From: Hydrurus foetidus
Taxonomy: Eukaryota
Reading direction: 5' to 3'
Assembly: GCA_900617105.1 (NCBI GenBank)
Contig: UYFQ01000237.1
Span: forward strand, 1 to 64,000
DNA: 64,000 bases
Part shown: one piece after another, positions 23,627 to 35,087 of the stretch
Position numbering within the stretch: position 1 is the first letter of the stretch
Layout of the letters: each line of letters opens with the position of its first letter
Made by a program: the position numbers and the translations under genes
The notes under the pieces: generated by a model
Told to the model about the DNA's origin: nothing
Seen by the model: the letters and a program-made list of their open reading frames with translations, nothing else
Databases searched by the model: none

Positions 23627-24621
23627 CTACGCGTACATGGCAGCCTGCAGCTCTCTCAGAGCAATCTCCTCTTCCGACTCTGTAGCCACCTGTGTTTTCT
23701 GATTAGACAAAAAATGAGAAAGGATGCTTACGGGTCATACAGAGTCGCAGTTTATCACCTTGAGAGCGGATGTGGGCACAGATGGAAAGCTTAGAGAAGG
23801 TGTTGTTGGCTTGTAGACAGGCGCTGCTTTCGATGCTGCTGCCTCGGTTTCCTCCAGATCGAGAGCCATCAGAGCCTCTAGCTCGTCTTCCAACTCGTCC
23901 TATTCATTTCATATTATATCGCGCATTTAGAAGTTGCGAACATTAGCCTAGGTGTTATCTCTATTGAGTCGTGAAGCTCACATCGTTCAAATCAGTGCCA
24001 TGGCCCCTTGAAATGGCGTCAGAAATCTGGTCATGAACATCCTTTTCATCCTGCATCTCATCCATGAGGTCGTCAACACGATCGGAATCACTGTTCAGTG
24101 AATAGATAGTGAAATGAGTTAGCTTAATGAAACCCAGATTGTACAATGATAATGAAAGACTCTTACAGGTTTCCTCTGATTGACTTCAGGGTATCTGCTC
24201 CCCGTTTCATTGCATGGAAAGTTTCGATGTTAACTACAGCTGATTCCAATGCGTTCACTTGGGATTCCAGAGTGATTTTCGCCCCTTGAAGCTTCATCAC
24301 TTCAGCTTCGAACATCTTTTTCCGCTTCAATGCAAAAAGGGCGCCTACATAGTTGAGAGTGTATCGTAAAAAAGAATTGCGATTAATTTTGCAATACGAG
24401 TAAATACTGTAGGTTTCCTCATGAGCAATGAAACCTCTTTTATCCTTCGCACGGGCTTTCTGGGTTGCTTCTTCGAGAGCCATGTCGACTTTTTTTCCTA
24501 TGTGAGCTTCCCTTTTTTCGAGGGTCTCCAATTGAAGCCTTAGATTTCGAATGGTGTCCACAGTGGTCTCTTTCGGTACCACTGGCTCAGGCGCCTTCTT
24601 CTTCTTGCCAAAAAGATTCAT
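23627..24621 (-). CDS. VPS32: ESCRT-III subunit SNF7/VPS32 (CHMP4-like); 5 exons
   Basis: MNLFGKKKK, LETLEKRE, ALFALKRKKMFE, TLESQVNALE, VDDLMDEMQDE, DELEDELEAL, ending ALRELQAAMYA*. Confidence 0.93.
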
Positions 24622-25059
24622 TTCTCCCTTGTTCAGTGTATAATTTCAGTATCTCCACTATCTAAATTCTGCTCATTGATTGTTCCTGAAACGGAGAAAT
24701 GAGTGACACAGCAGCGCACAGTCTGGCTACGGTCAGTAGCAATGAAGTCAAAGCGACTGCGACTGGCAAGTTTCAATCGTTCAAATTTATGAAAAATATG
24801 CTACACTGGGACGTTTTAAAAGTCAAAGTTGTGATCTTCAGACGACTTCTTCAGACGAACTCTCTTAATGGTATTTTCATATTTTGTACTTCGTATTTTG
24901 TTAATTTTGATAAAATACAAAAAGTGATGATCGAATGTTGAGTGTTGACAGTTGAACGTTGAACTCTCTCACTCTCACCTCTCACCAAGTAACCTACGAA
25001 GAATGCGAAGATTGTTTACATTCAGTTGCCAATGAGACTATTGGACTCATGAGCTGGGC

Positions 25060-26931
25060 ATGAAACGATTTCTGCTGTTCACAGTGTTAGCGCTGATTTT
25101 GGTCAGCACAACTTACTCACTTGTATGCGTTCGGCCTATTCGCGGAGTCTTCCGTCTGAACTTACGTCGGGCAAATGTTATGCACCAGAAAAGGCGACTA
25201 TCGGCGGCCACATGCGACGGATATCCCCTCTTTCCAAAAGAGTTGGATTTACTGAATTCCGATACATCTCGGCGACTATTGCCTTGGGCAGGGTTTGCCT
25301 CGCTTTGCTATATATTTAGATCTTTTTATCCTATAATTGTCGGAACATTTTTTCTCTCGGTTATGGGAAATAGTATAGTGGAGTCATTTAGAGCAGTATT
25401 TCGAATTATCTCTGAAAAGCTGAATATTTCTCGACTGAGTCGGGTGCCTCGAAAGCTGCTGGCAGCCCTTTACTTTATTTTCCTTGGTCTTGGACTGGCC
25501 CGATTCATGCTTTTCGTATCTCCACGCATCCTGAAAGAGAGCGCATATGTAATACAGCTGCTGCAAAGCGAGGACCCATACACTTCAACGGCAAACTTGA
25601 TATTATCAACGTTTGGCATTGAAATGACGACAAGATTAGAAAAATTGATGGTTGCAGGAGTAGGTTCCGGACTCACAGATATAACTGGTCTGAGTCAGTC
25701 CAGGCGACTTGGTAAATTAATCCAGAACTCTGTCATGGGATATCTTCAGAATCTTGTGGTGTTTTCTTCGAGAGTGATTTCAAACTCCACCACTGCTGCA
25801 TACAAAGGGGTCCTGAGTCTAATCTTCTCTTTCATGGTAAGCTGAATGAAACTGCTTCTCTGCTGCAACTAAATGCAAATCTTCTATAGGTCACTGATTT
25901 CCTCAATTTTGTAAATTAGATTATTTGGGATCTGCCCCGTATCAGTAAAGGCGTTCGATCGTTAGAGCAGTCGGCAATTCGGTTTGCCTACAAAGAGGTG
26001 GCCCCACCGGTTCAAGCGTTCGGCAACCTTGTAGCCCAGTGCTTTGAGACTCAGGCAGTAATAGCTCTCGTCAACTGTACACTCACGACTCTAGGCCTTT
26101 ATGCACTGAAGGTTTGACTTGAAACTCACATTTGTTCGTCTAATGATCTGTCTAGTGGAATCGCCTCAATTTTATTTTCTCTCGTGATAATCTTGTACAG
26201 ATTCCTGGTCTCGGGTTCTTCAGCATGCTGACATTCGTCGCATCATTTATCCCAGTGGCAGGCATTTTTATCGCTACTTTGCCGCCACTTATTGTCGCTC
26301 TGACTGAGCACGGCCTCATCACATGCGCGAAGGTATGCGACGTCATGTCACGTGATGTGATGTGACGTGATACAATGTGATGTGATGTGATCAATTGTCA
26401 TGTCAAGTCAAGCACTCGCGCGCACACCGAATGATACTCTTGAGAAAGCGTATCTTACCCCTCCTTTTACCACCTTCACAGCTGATAGCCATGGTCGCTG
26501 GTGTGCATGCAGTGGAGGCGTATTTGCTCTACCCGCAGATATATGCATACCGACTCAAGCTGCATCCCCTAATAGTTATGGTGAGTAATGATACGATTTA
26601 ATTTGATATGATATGATGCGATGCGACGCGAGACGCAGCTCTCTCTTCAGTACCAGCTGTTTGGTATGCTTCTTGAAATCAAGTTAGCAAGCGCTATTTT
26701 TCTCTCTGTATTACGTCTGCCTTCCTATTAGGCAAAATCTCGCATTCGCACCTTCACATCTACTCACTTTCATCACATGTACCCTCTATACAGACTGCCC
26801 TCGTCACTGCGGAGCATTTTGCAGGTGTGAAGGGGCTCTTTCTCGCCATGCCCATCACGCTCTACCTACTGAACCAAGTGCTTTACAAAGGCGTTGACGT
26901 AAAGAAGGAATCCGCTGCATCGAAATCATAG
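25060..26931 (+). CDS. AI-2E (UPF0118/PerM) family membrane transporter with N-terminal signal plus transit-like presequence; 5 exons
   Basis: Spliced C-half reads IWDLPRI...FETQAVIALVNCTLTTLG...FVASFIPVAG...HAVEAYLLYPQIY..RLKLHPL..AEHFAGVKGLFLAMP. Confidence 0.85.
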
Positions 26932-28020
26932 GATAGGACGAGTTTAGAAGAGAAAACGAAATGAGAAGAGATGCAATGATATTCAAGAAGATTAGAAGAT
27001 GGTTAGATGAGATGAGAGGAGAGGTAATGAGATGAAATGAGGTGAGGTTCGATCTGTCTGTTGGCTTTGGCTTTGGATAAAAGATCGCGGACCGTGCAAT
27101 TCCAGATTCCACAGTTGGACATTAGTCTAGTTCTCCTAGATTGAATGTCCGCTTTTTAAGTGCGAGTGAGGTCACTGCGTGGACAGAGATATAATATGTC
27201 GTTTGTCTGAAGGCCATTGACACATCGGTGAGGGAGGGAATCGATCTCATCTTATAGAGGCGGTAACATGCCAGGCCACAGTCGCTCATTCTAAATTATC
27301 CATTAGTCGTCAAGTCTTGACAAGAATGAAGGACATTACATATGTCCCAGTGCATCTCGTATTTCCATGCAGATGCGACATTGCCGTTTCGTTGGGTTTT
27401 TTGCAGTCTCATCACTGCCCTAGCACCACTCTGTGTTTGGAGTTCACTCTCCACGGTGACTATCTTTTCCCTCCCAGAACTCCCAGAAAGAAACAGCGGG
27501 AATAGCTATGCCTACCACTGGCATGCGAAATGTATTGAAATGTTGTTCTACTCCTTTTTCTTCGATTTCACTTGGTGTACTTTACAACGATGTCGAAGAG
27601 GAAGTCAGTCACTTTGCATCAGTTCGTCCCATCCGTTTATCGCGAATTACGGTCTGCTGCTATGAGTAAGAAATAGATGAAAATTAGGCATTGCAGTCAT
27701 TTACATTTCAAGACCACACATCTAGAGGCAATATGACACAATATGTCACTGACTAGTCACTACGTATGAGGAGAAAGATTGAGAAGCATGAAAGATGAAA
27801 GTGTGACGTACCCGTCGCCACATTTAAAAAAAGAAGAGCACGGACATAATTCAGACCGTACGTATTGCACAGAACGACGAACATTCCCAATGTATCAAGA
27901 TGAAAGATGAGCAACAGATTTAGATTTTAACTGATGATGACTTCATCGATGACATCATAGAATTTTTCCCGATTTGGGTTTGCAGTGAATCTCGAGATTT
28001 CTGATCCCATCTTTCGAATC

Positions 28021-29266
28021 ATGGCCTCGAGGATTCTTTCAGGAGACTTTCTCGCCTGCAGAGACAAGGCGAAAGCCCATAGAATTCTGCTTTTTGAAGT
28101 CTGTCAGGATAGCAGAAACAACAGCCTCCTTGGGGTGAGAGATCTTTCCCACGCAATCCAGACAGTCAGCGAGATTGTAGAATTCTTTTCATGGCAATAA
28201 TGTGTGTTTTCTCCTGATACCAGTCAGAATCACAGATACCGAAACGGGAAGCAGTGAAAGACACGATGCCACGAAAATGGGTTGAAGAGACAGAACATCT
28301 TAGAGCGAGGACAGCTGCAGTCGAGAAGAGCTGTGAGTGCTCCAAATGGTTTATAGATATGATTGTTAGTGTCAACAATTAACATTTTTTTGCTCGGATG
28401 TAACGTAGTAGGGGAACTCAGTGAACTTCACAAAAAGCGCTTACTGGTTCATCTCGACGGCGATGAAGCACAACAAAAGAGGGATATCGACGACCAATCC
28501 AGGACAATAATAGGACTCTTGCAAGATATTTGTCAACTGCTACACAGTTTTAAATTCGGAGGGACAACAGTGGGGATTTCGAGATGTGAAAAAGTTGTTC
28601 GCAACAACATCCAGCGATCACTTGCCACGAAGCTACAGGACCTGAGCATATTCTTTAGAGACATCCAAAAAGTACAAAACTATGCCAATGTATTCATTCG
28701 CATAAGTCTATTTGGAGAGATACTAAGTATTTTCCCATTTCACCACAGGAATACCTCAGTCAGCTTCAATCACAGCAATCTGAGGATCAAATAAAATGTT
28801 CCCAAACTTCCGTTGAAGATTCGAGAAATGCTGTAGAATGTAATAGCTGCTTTATTCACCAGACCAAAGAGCTGGATAATACCGATGAGGTGCTCCGACT
28901 ACCATCTCTCGCAGTGTGCGCTACATCCGAAATATTTCTCATCGACTAATCTTGGACATTCTAATTTTTCAGGTGGTCAAACAGAGAGACTTGGAAATTA
29001 CAGCAATAGCAAGATCCATTGAAGAACTGACGGAGATATTCAGGGAGATTGCAGTACTGCTTATCGTCCAAGGGTTTTTATCAGACCTCATCGAATCCAA
29101 TATGGAACCCCCTACTACGCAAATCTGCGATATCTGTCCTGAAACAGTCTGTGATCGCCGGAAGCATTATTTGCCTACGAGATGCATTATAATGTTGATA
29201 ATTTTGATAATTATATTCCTGGTCGTACTAATCGTGAAAAACTCACCCAGTAGCTCTGAAAAATAG
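28021..29266 (+). CDS. divergent syntaxin-16/Tlg2-like Qa-SNARE; 5 exons
   Basis: N-peptide MASRILSGDFL, MPRKWVE, ELHKKRLLV, NIQRSLATKLQDLSIFFR, QRDLEITAIARSIEELTEIFREIAVLLIVQG, C-terminal TM segment. Exon phases match and no premature stop. Confidence 0.85.
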
Positions 29267-30462
29267 ACTTGAGTACATGGTGCACGTTGAGATCCACCAT
29301 GTCCGAGATAGGAGAGACAAGTCTGCATGATAGCCTGTGCCAAGCAACAGGAATCACAAATATGAGCGCTTCATAGCATACTCACATTCTCCCTTTAGAA
29401 CTCACGAAGCCCTCACATAGTCGTGATGGCTTCAAGTTTCATGTATAACACAACGCGCAGAGCCTACTTACTTGTACTCAGCGGAGAACTGCTCTACAGC
29501 CTTTCTAAATTCTAAATTCACATCAATCACCTCTGAAGTTTTACATGTACTACTCAACTTCATTTATTTTACTTTTACTTTTGATATTAAATCAATTTCC
29601 CAGTAAATTCCCATTTTTCATTTTTCCAACATTCATTTCTTATCAAGTATCATTTACTCTCCTTCCTTACAAATTCATCATCTTCAATATTCAAATTATA
29701 TGGAGTCACATAGCCATTTTACTCTATTTTATTATATAGCGCTTGGTGCACCTCACTCTCTTTCGTGAATTCATTCGAAGTTACTAAATAGAGTGACTTT
29801 TTTCTGATAATAAAGTAGAAAAAAATCACATCAGTCACCGATGGTCGAAGCTCCTCACAAGATGATGTGACGATCCTGTATACTTGAAGGGAAGCTTGTC
29901 TTTCCTTAATGGAAGGAATCGTTTTACTAATGTCACTCAAATAAAACATTGTAGTCCCGCATCACTCATGGTGCGCAAGATGATATCGCATCCTACGAAA
30001 TAGGACTGAGCATGTACTGGAGCTGCTAAAGTTGAAAAAATATCTCACATTTATCATAATTGGATTGACGCAGCACGTCAGAATGCGGAGATAAGCGCAG
30101 TTGTGATAAGTCTAACCAGCCGCATATTATGATCATCATATATCTCACCACTCTCTATAAGCATTGCCACCAATTCTTCTCCAATCACTGACAGCAGATA
30201 TCGCATACAAGCTGTGAAGCGCTAGAGCACAATCGCTTGAGACATTCGCCAATGTTGTGGATACACTGGCCAATTCAATTTTGAGTTGTATGATGCATTG
30301 CGTGCGCACTCCTTCACACTGAAACCGATGAAATTCATACACAAGCGTATTTTCTGTTTCTTTTTCATGTCCTAATTTGTTGAGCTTTAACGGACATTGA
30401 TTGAGCTCTGAAAGATAATCGCTGCAGTCATTACCACTGGAGGACTGGCTCATTTGTTCGAT

Positions 30463-31047
30463 ATGAAGAAAGCGTTTTTCGGTTCGTCGAAGCAAAGAGG
30501 AAAAGGTGAAAAATCAAGGGTCAAAGCTCTTGATGACAAGGCAGAAGGATCAGTTGCGAGTAGCAAAGATCAGTTCAATAGTAGCAGTCATGGAGAGTCT
30601 AATCTGGTTGATGTTGTTTTTGCAGTCAAATCGCAAAGTAACGATGATAGTACTGCTGCAAAGAAGACAGTAGAAGAGAATGCGACGATCGCAGCTGCTT
30701 CTACCGTAAATTTATCTTGTCCAAGTGCGGTAGAACACAGAAGAAGAAAGAAAATTGTTCAAACAAACATAAGTCAAACTGAAGGAGTGGAATTAAAGGG
30801 CAGCGATGACACTATTCGTGTCTTACGGGCAAATAAAGTCTCAAAAAAGGTCGCTATACGGGAAGCTCTATCTAAGGAGGAGAGAAAAGCTGATTCATCC
30901 AATAAGTTCTTTAAACTTCTAAAGAAGCGTACCGTCCCCAGCGACTATGGTACATCAATCGTGGTCGCAATAATGGTTCCGCGGCTGAAAAAACAAAGCT
31001 CTTCAAACATCATCACTCGTTGTTACTCCGTATGTGCTGAAGTGTAG
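30463..31047 (+). CDS. hypothetical Lys/Ser-rich ORF; possibly a first exon or truncated gene
   Basis: ~195-codon ORF with coding-like composition, followed by AT-rich decayed sequence. Possible donor near 30949. Confidence 0.4.
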   Translation: MKKAFFGSSKQRGKGEKSRVKALDDKAEGSVASSKDQFNSSSHGESNLVDVVFAVKSQSNDDSTAAKKTVEENATIAAASTVNLSCPSAVEHRRRKKIVQTNISQTEGVELKGSDDTIRVLRANKVSKKVAIREALSKEERKADSSNKFFKLLKKRTVPSDYGTSIVVAIMVPRLKKQSSSNIITRCYSVCAEV

Positions 31048-32200
31048 GTTAATCAAAATAGTTTGGAATCTACAATGTGTATACATGATTGCAGTAGGTC
31101 TAATCCCGAACTTTTGTCATTTCCAAAAATTGACGTCATTGCAGAACTGAAACTAACATTGGTAAGATAAGTTCTGTCAAGTTCTGCCAAGTTTGACTTG
31201 ATTGTTGCCCTACGTTCGTCATACATTCCTTTCTTTGTATTGGTCATATTTCTTGTTTTTCAATGATATCAATTTTTACAACTCTTCTAAAAATACTCAT
31301 GTACACTTAACCGCAAACTCTACCATTTGCTCGTCAGCTTTAGATATTTGAAATTATTTCTCTGCAAACAATAATGCTGAGTATAGCCTCCCATAGAAAC
31401 GGGAGATGAAATCGTTTAACCTATGAAATTATCATAAGATGACAACAATTGATATGAATGTATCCGTGGAATCTACAGAAACTGAGACGTTGTCGCGCCA
31501 TGTAGCCTGATACTGGATATAGCTCATAGATCGCTGCAATCTATTTATCTAAAGTGGTAATTCTGAGATCTTACATCCGATCGATCATGCAGTTTACATT
31601 CCGTCCTGGTGAAAAATATTTGTGCTAGCGATTTATAGTTGGACTCAGTCGGTGTTAAATCAAAAATTTGCGACTAAATCTGGCCCTATATTCAAATCAC
31701 ATGATTATCGCCGGTATGATTTTTTTGCTCATTTCTCTGAATACATTGTTCATAAAGTTCCGCTTTCGGAGCGAAAAAAACTGGACGCAATACTGTATGC
31801 AGCCCCGCTCTAACATGTGACTAGAAATACATCATCTGTATAGAACTTCTGATGTCATGGATACCACTGAAAGTATGTAGTTGAGCCATATCCTAGACTA
31901 TCAACTAGCAACAGCAACACACATTTTAACAATTTATTTGGCATCCGACCACACGTTACATTTTAATGAGTCTAATCAATGTAAGGAGGATAGAAGAAAT
32001 AGTCCGACAAGTTGTTGAGTCTCGTTGATGAGATTTATTAAGAATTTAAGCTGTAAGTGATTTGGGCGCCTTTTCTTGAAGGTAATGCTATTGCAACCTA
32101 TCTAATTATTGGGAACCATATAGGATCAGGCACCAAATGAATAATTGATTTGTGACAACATTTTAAAATTTAAATATCTTCACGAATTAAGATTAAGGTA

Positions 32201-32314
32201 AAAAAGAGTGATAAATCGGTTAAGAATCTTAATTAGAATGTAGAAACTGTGATTGATATAATTCACAATTTCTACATTCTAATTAAGATTCTTCACCGAT
32301 TTATCACTCTTTTT
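32201..32314. repeat. long inverted repeat/hairpin (52-bp arms, 10-nt loop)
   Basis: 32201-32252 is the reverse complement of 32263-32314 at 50 of 52 positions. Confidence 0.95.
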
Positions 32315-35087
32315 ACACCTTCGAATGAAGACAAAAGTAACTGTAAACATTGACAAATTTTTCAATATTCCCCAGAAAGTCTAGTAAAAAATTGCCTTTC
32401 TTTCGTTATTTACAGAGCTGCCAAAGCAGCCCTAGTACTTTTTGTGTCAGGAATTTCAGATAAATAATTACTTGATATTAATTTTTTTGCTTTTAAAATC
32501 CTCTACTATTTCTTTTTCGGATTCTATGTTTCTCTTTTTATTTTTTATTCAAATAAAATAATCTACAGTGTGCTATACCGCTTTTAGTCTACAGCATAGA
32601 TGGGAATATGTATTATCATGAAATTTTCTATTTTCAAGTAAATTCATCGACATTTTTTTTCTCGTTTTACAAGTTTTTATCATCGTATATGAATGCTGTA
32701 AGATGTACGTCAAATGCAGGAATAGACACCATACGGGTGCTTTTTTGTATCTAAAAAAGAAGAAGGGAGGAATGAATGTGAGATAGAACGAGAAAGAGAA
32801 GGAGAGAAATAGAGGAAAAGTATAGAGAGAGACAGAACATGCCCACTCCCTTACCAAAATTCGCTAGTCGATTGGGATGCACAGATCTTCTGATATTCAT
32901 TCAAAGAAGATAGATAGATTACTTTTATAATATCTAGTAGAAATTCTCGATTATAATTTTACTACATTTTCCAGTTTATTGTGGACGGAAATGAACCGAC
33001 TGACAACATTTTTCAGTGTAATTGTTCCATGTCTTCAAGACAAAAATATTATCCTCATGATAACGCATGATAAGCCATAAGACTTCGAATTAATGTGTTA
33101 CTTACGTTCCAGACAGCTATCTTGTTTACAGTGTTAGTGGACACCGAACGGTTGCACGGCTTCTCTGGAGCAGCTAGGAGCAAGGTCTATCGAAAGAATG
33201 GCTGCGGACGGCTAGATCTCGGGGGCACGGGGTGACGGGAGGGGGACGATGATGACGACGACATTGGATTAAGACACAGCGAAAGTGTGTAGCGTCATAC
33301 TTCTTCATAAATTATTTGTTCTATCGCAAATGAGGCATTGTGTTTGTACTCGACGCGCTCGACTGTCTCATAACCCTTTAATTAGCTGTAGTCACTCTAA
33401 TCCGACGCACATAATTTATGTCTGCCACTGCTTCTTCGGTCGAAACCGGCGGTGTGATTCTTCAGTTCTCCCGTTGGTTACCGGAGCACTGCTGCACGCC
33501 TTGGCGCATTCAGCTTCGATCGTGGCTGGTGATATCGACGGCGATGGCGAGCAGTACGCAATGCAGATCACCCCCTCGGTTCCAGCTGTGAACGCTCCGG
33601 CCAACTCGGTTGTTGTGATTTCATTGGATACACCACAAGAGGACGAGGTTTCAAGCATCCTGCAAGTCTGTATTTTTCCAGGTTCATGAAAAGCTGCAGA
33701 CCCGGATGACAAGTTTCCGTCAGTGAGTCACTGCCTAGGAGCTCAACCATATTGCAAATTTTGCGTGCTTCGTTACATCCTTCGGGAGGTGGTACAATCG
33801 GGGTAGAATATCTTGGCTTCACCAATTGCAGGTGAGCAGGCTAAAGCCATCACTGGGAAAATGTCCATCGTAGATTTAGATGAAGGTGTTATAGTCTCCC
33901 CTATACATTACTCATATGTCCGTTGCTCGTAACCACTAGTGTTGTACTAGTTCTCAATTTCTGATCGCTAGACAACTTTATCATGCGATTGTAATCTAGT
34001 TAGATGGTATACGAATATAGTATGCATGTGTAAGTACTGAAACACACGTGCAGTAACCGTTGCTCAGAACGATACAATCAAGCAGGGTCCGGGATCTCGA
34101 TAAATTCGAAGTTTTTTTCCTGAATTTACAGCGTATCCCAACTTCGACTGAAATGTGTTTTTTGCAGCATTTTACCCTAACCCTAAGCTCTACGGGGTCT
34201 TGATTGAGCCTTTGGGTCAACACGATGCGATGCAACAATGTAAGAGTCGCAGTACCTGAACAAAGAGTGGAGCTTATCGGATTTGAGAGATGCAAATCGC
34301 AGTAAATGTAAGAAATTAGGGGGGGAAACAGTCCACTGGAGTCCCCAGATTCGTGATCAGAGAAAATACATCGCAAATACTGAGAGTACTGACTATGGCC
34401 TGTGTGAAAAATCTCATTCATTCGGAATTCAATCGCAAACTTGGACGCTTAAGTTAATATCTAGTGCAACAAATGTTTGGTGTTCGTCACAGTCATCTGT
34501 GATGTGACTTGATGTTTAAAAGTTTAGGGAGCTGTAGAAACTCCAGAAAAGAAATACCGACACATAGTCAAAATTTCATTAAAAGTCGGTAGGTTACTCA
34601 CACGCACAAGTATATTCTGCTAAGTGCAATACAATTCAGTAATCAATAATTGCAAATAACTTCAACAAAATATTTCAGGTACAAATTTAGATTAAGTTGC
34701 TAGAATGCTATCGCAAATATACGCGAAACTAAACACTAGAGAATATTACAAATCACTTGCAGCCGATAATTTTCAATTCCAAAATTGGCTATCTATTGGA
34801 AGTAGGAAAACAGCCTGAAGAGTCATAAAGAAACATGGATGACTGAATGGACGGTTGCGAGTGGAAATCAAATCCTTTGCACCATCTCTTCAAATTACTG
34901 AAGAAATTGACGATGGAAGCGTCACGATTTTCTATCTGTTGGACTCCGGCAATACAAGATATTACGAACTCTTTTCGTCTCTTGATTTCGCTTTCGCTTT
35001 CCGCGAATTGAAATTGTACAAATGTGCAGATTTCTCGATCGAAAATTTGTTATCTCATATCGATCACTATATTTGAAGACTTTCATA

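Noticed and set aside
34173..34187. ACCCTAACCCTAA telomere-like motif (also GGTTAGGGTTA near 60417)
   Set aside because: Only two units each, too short to call an interstitial telomere.
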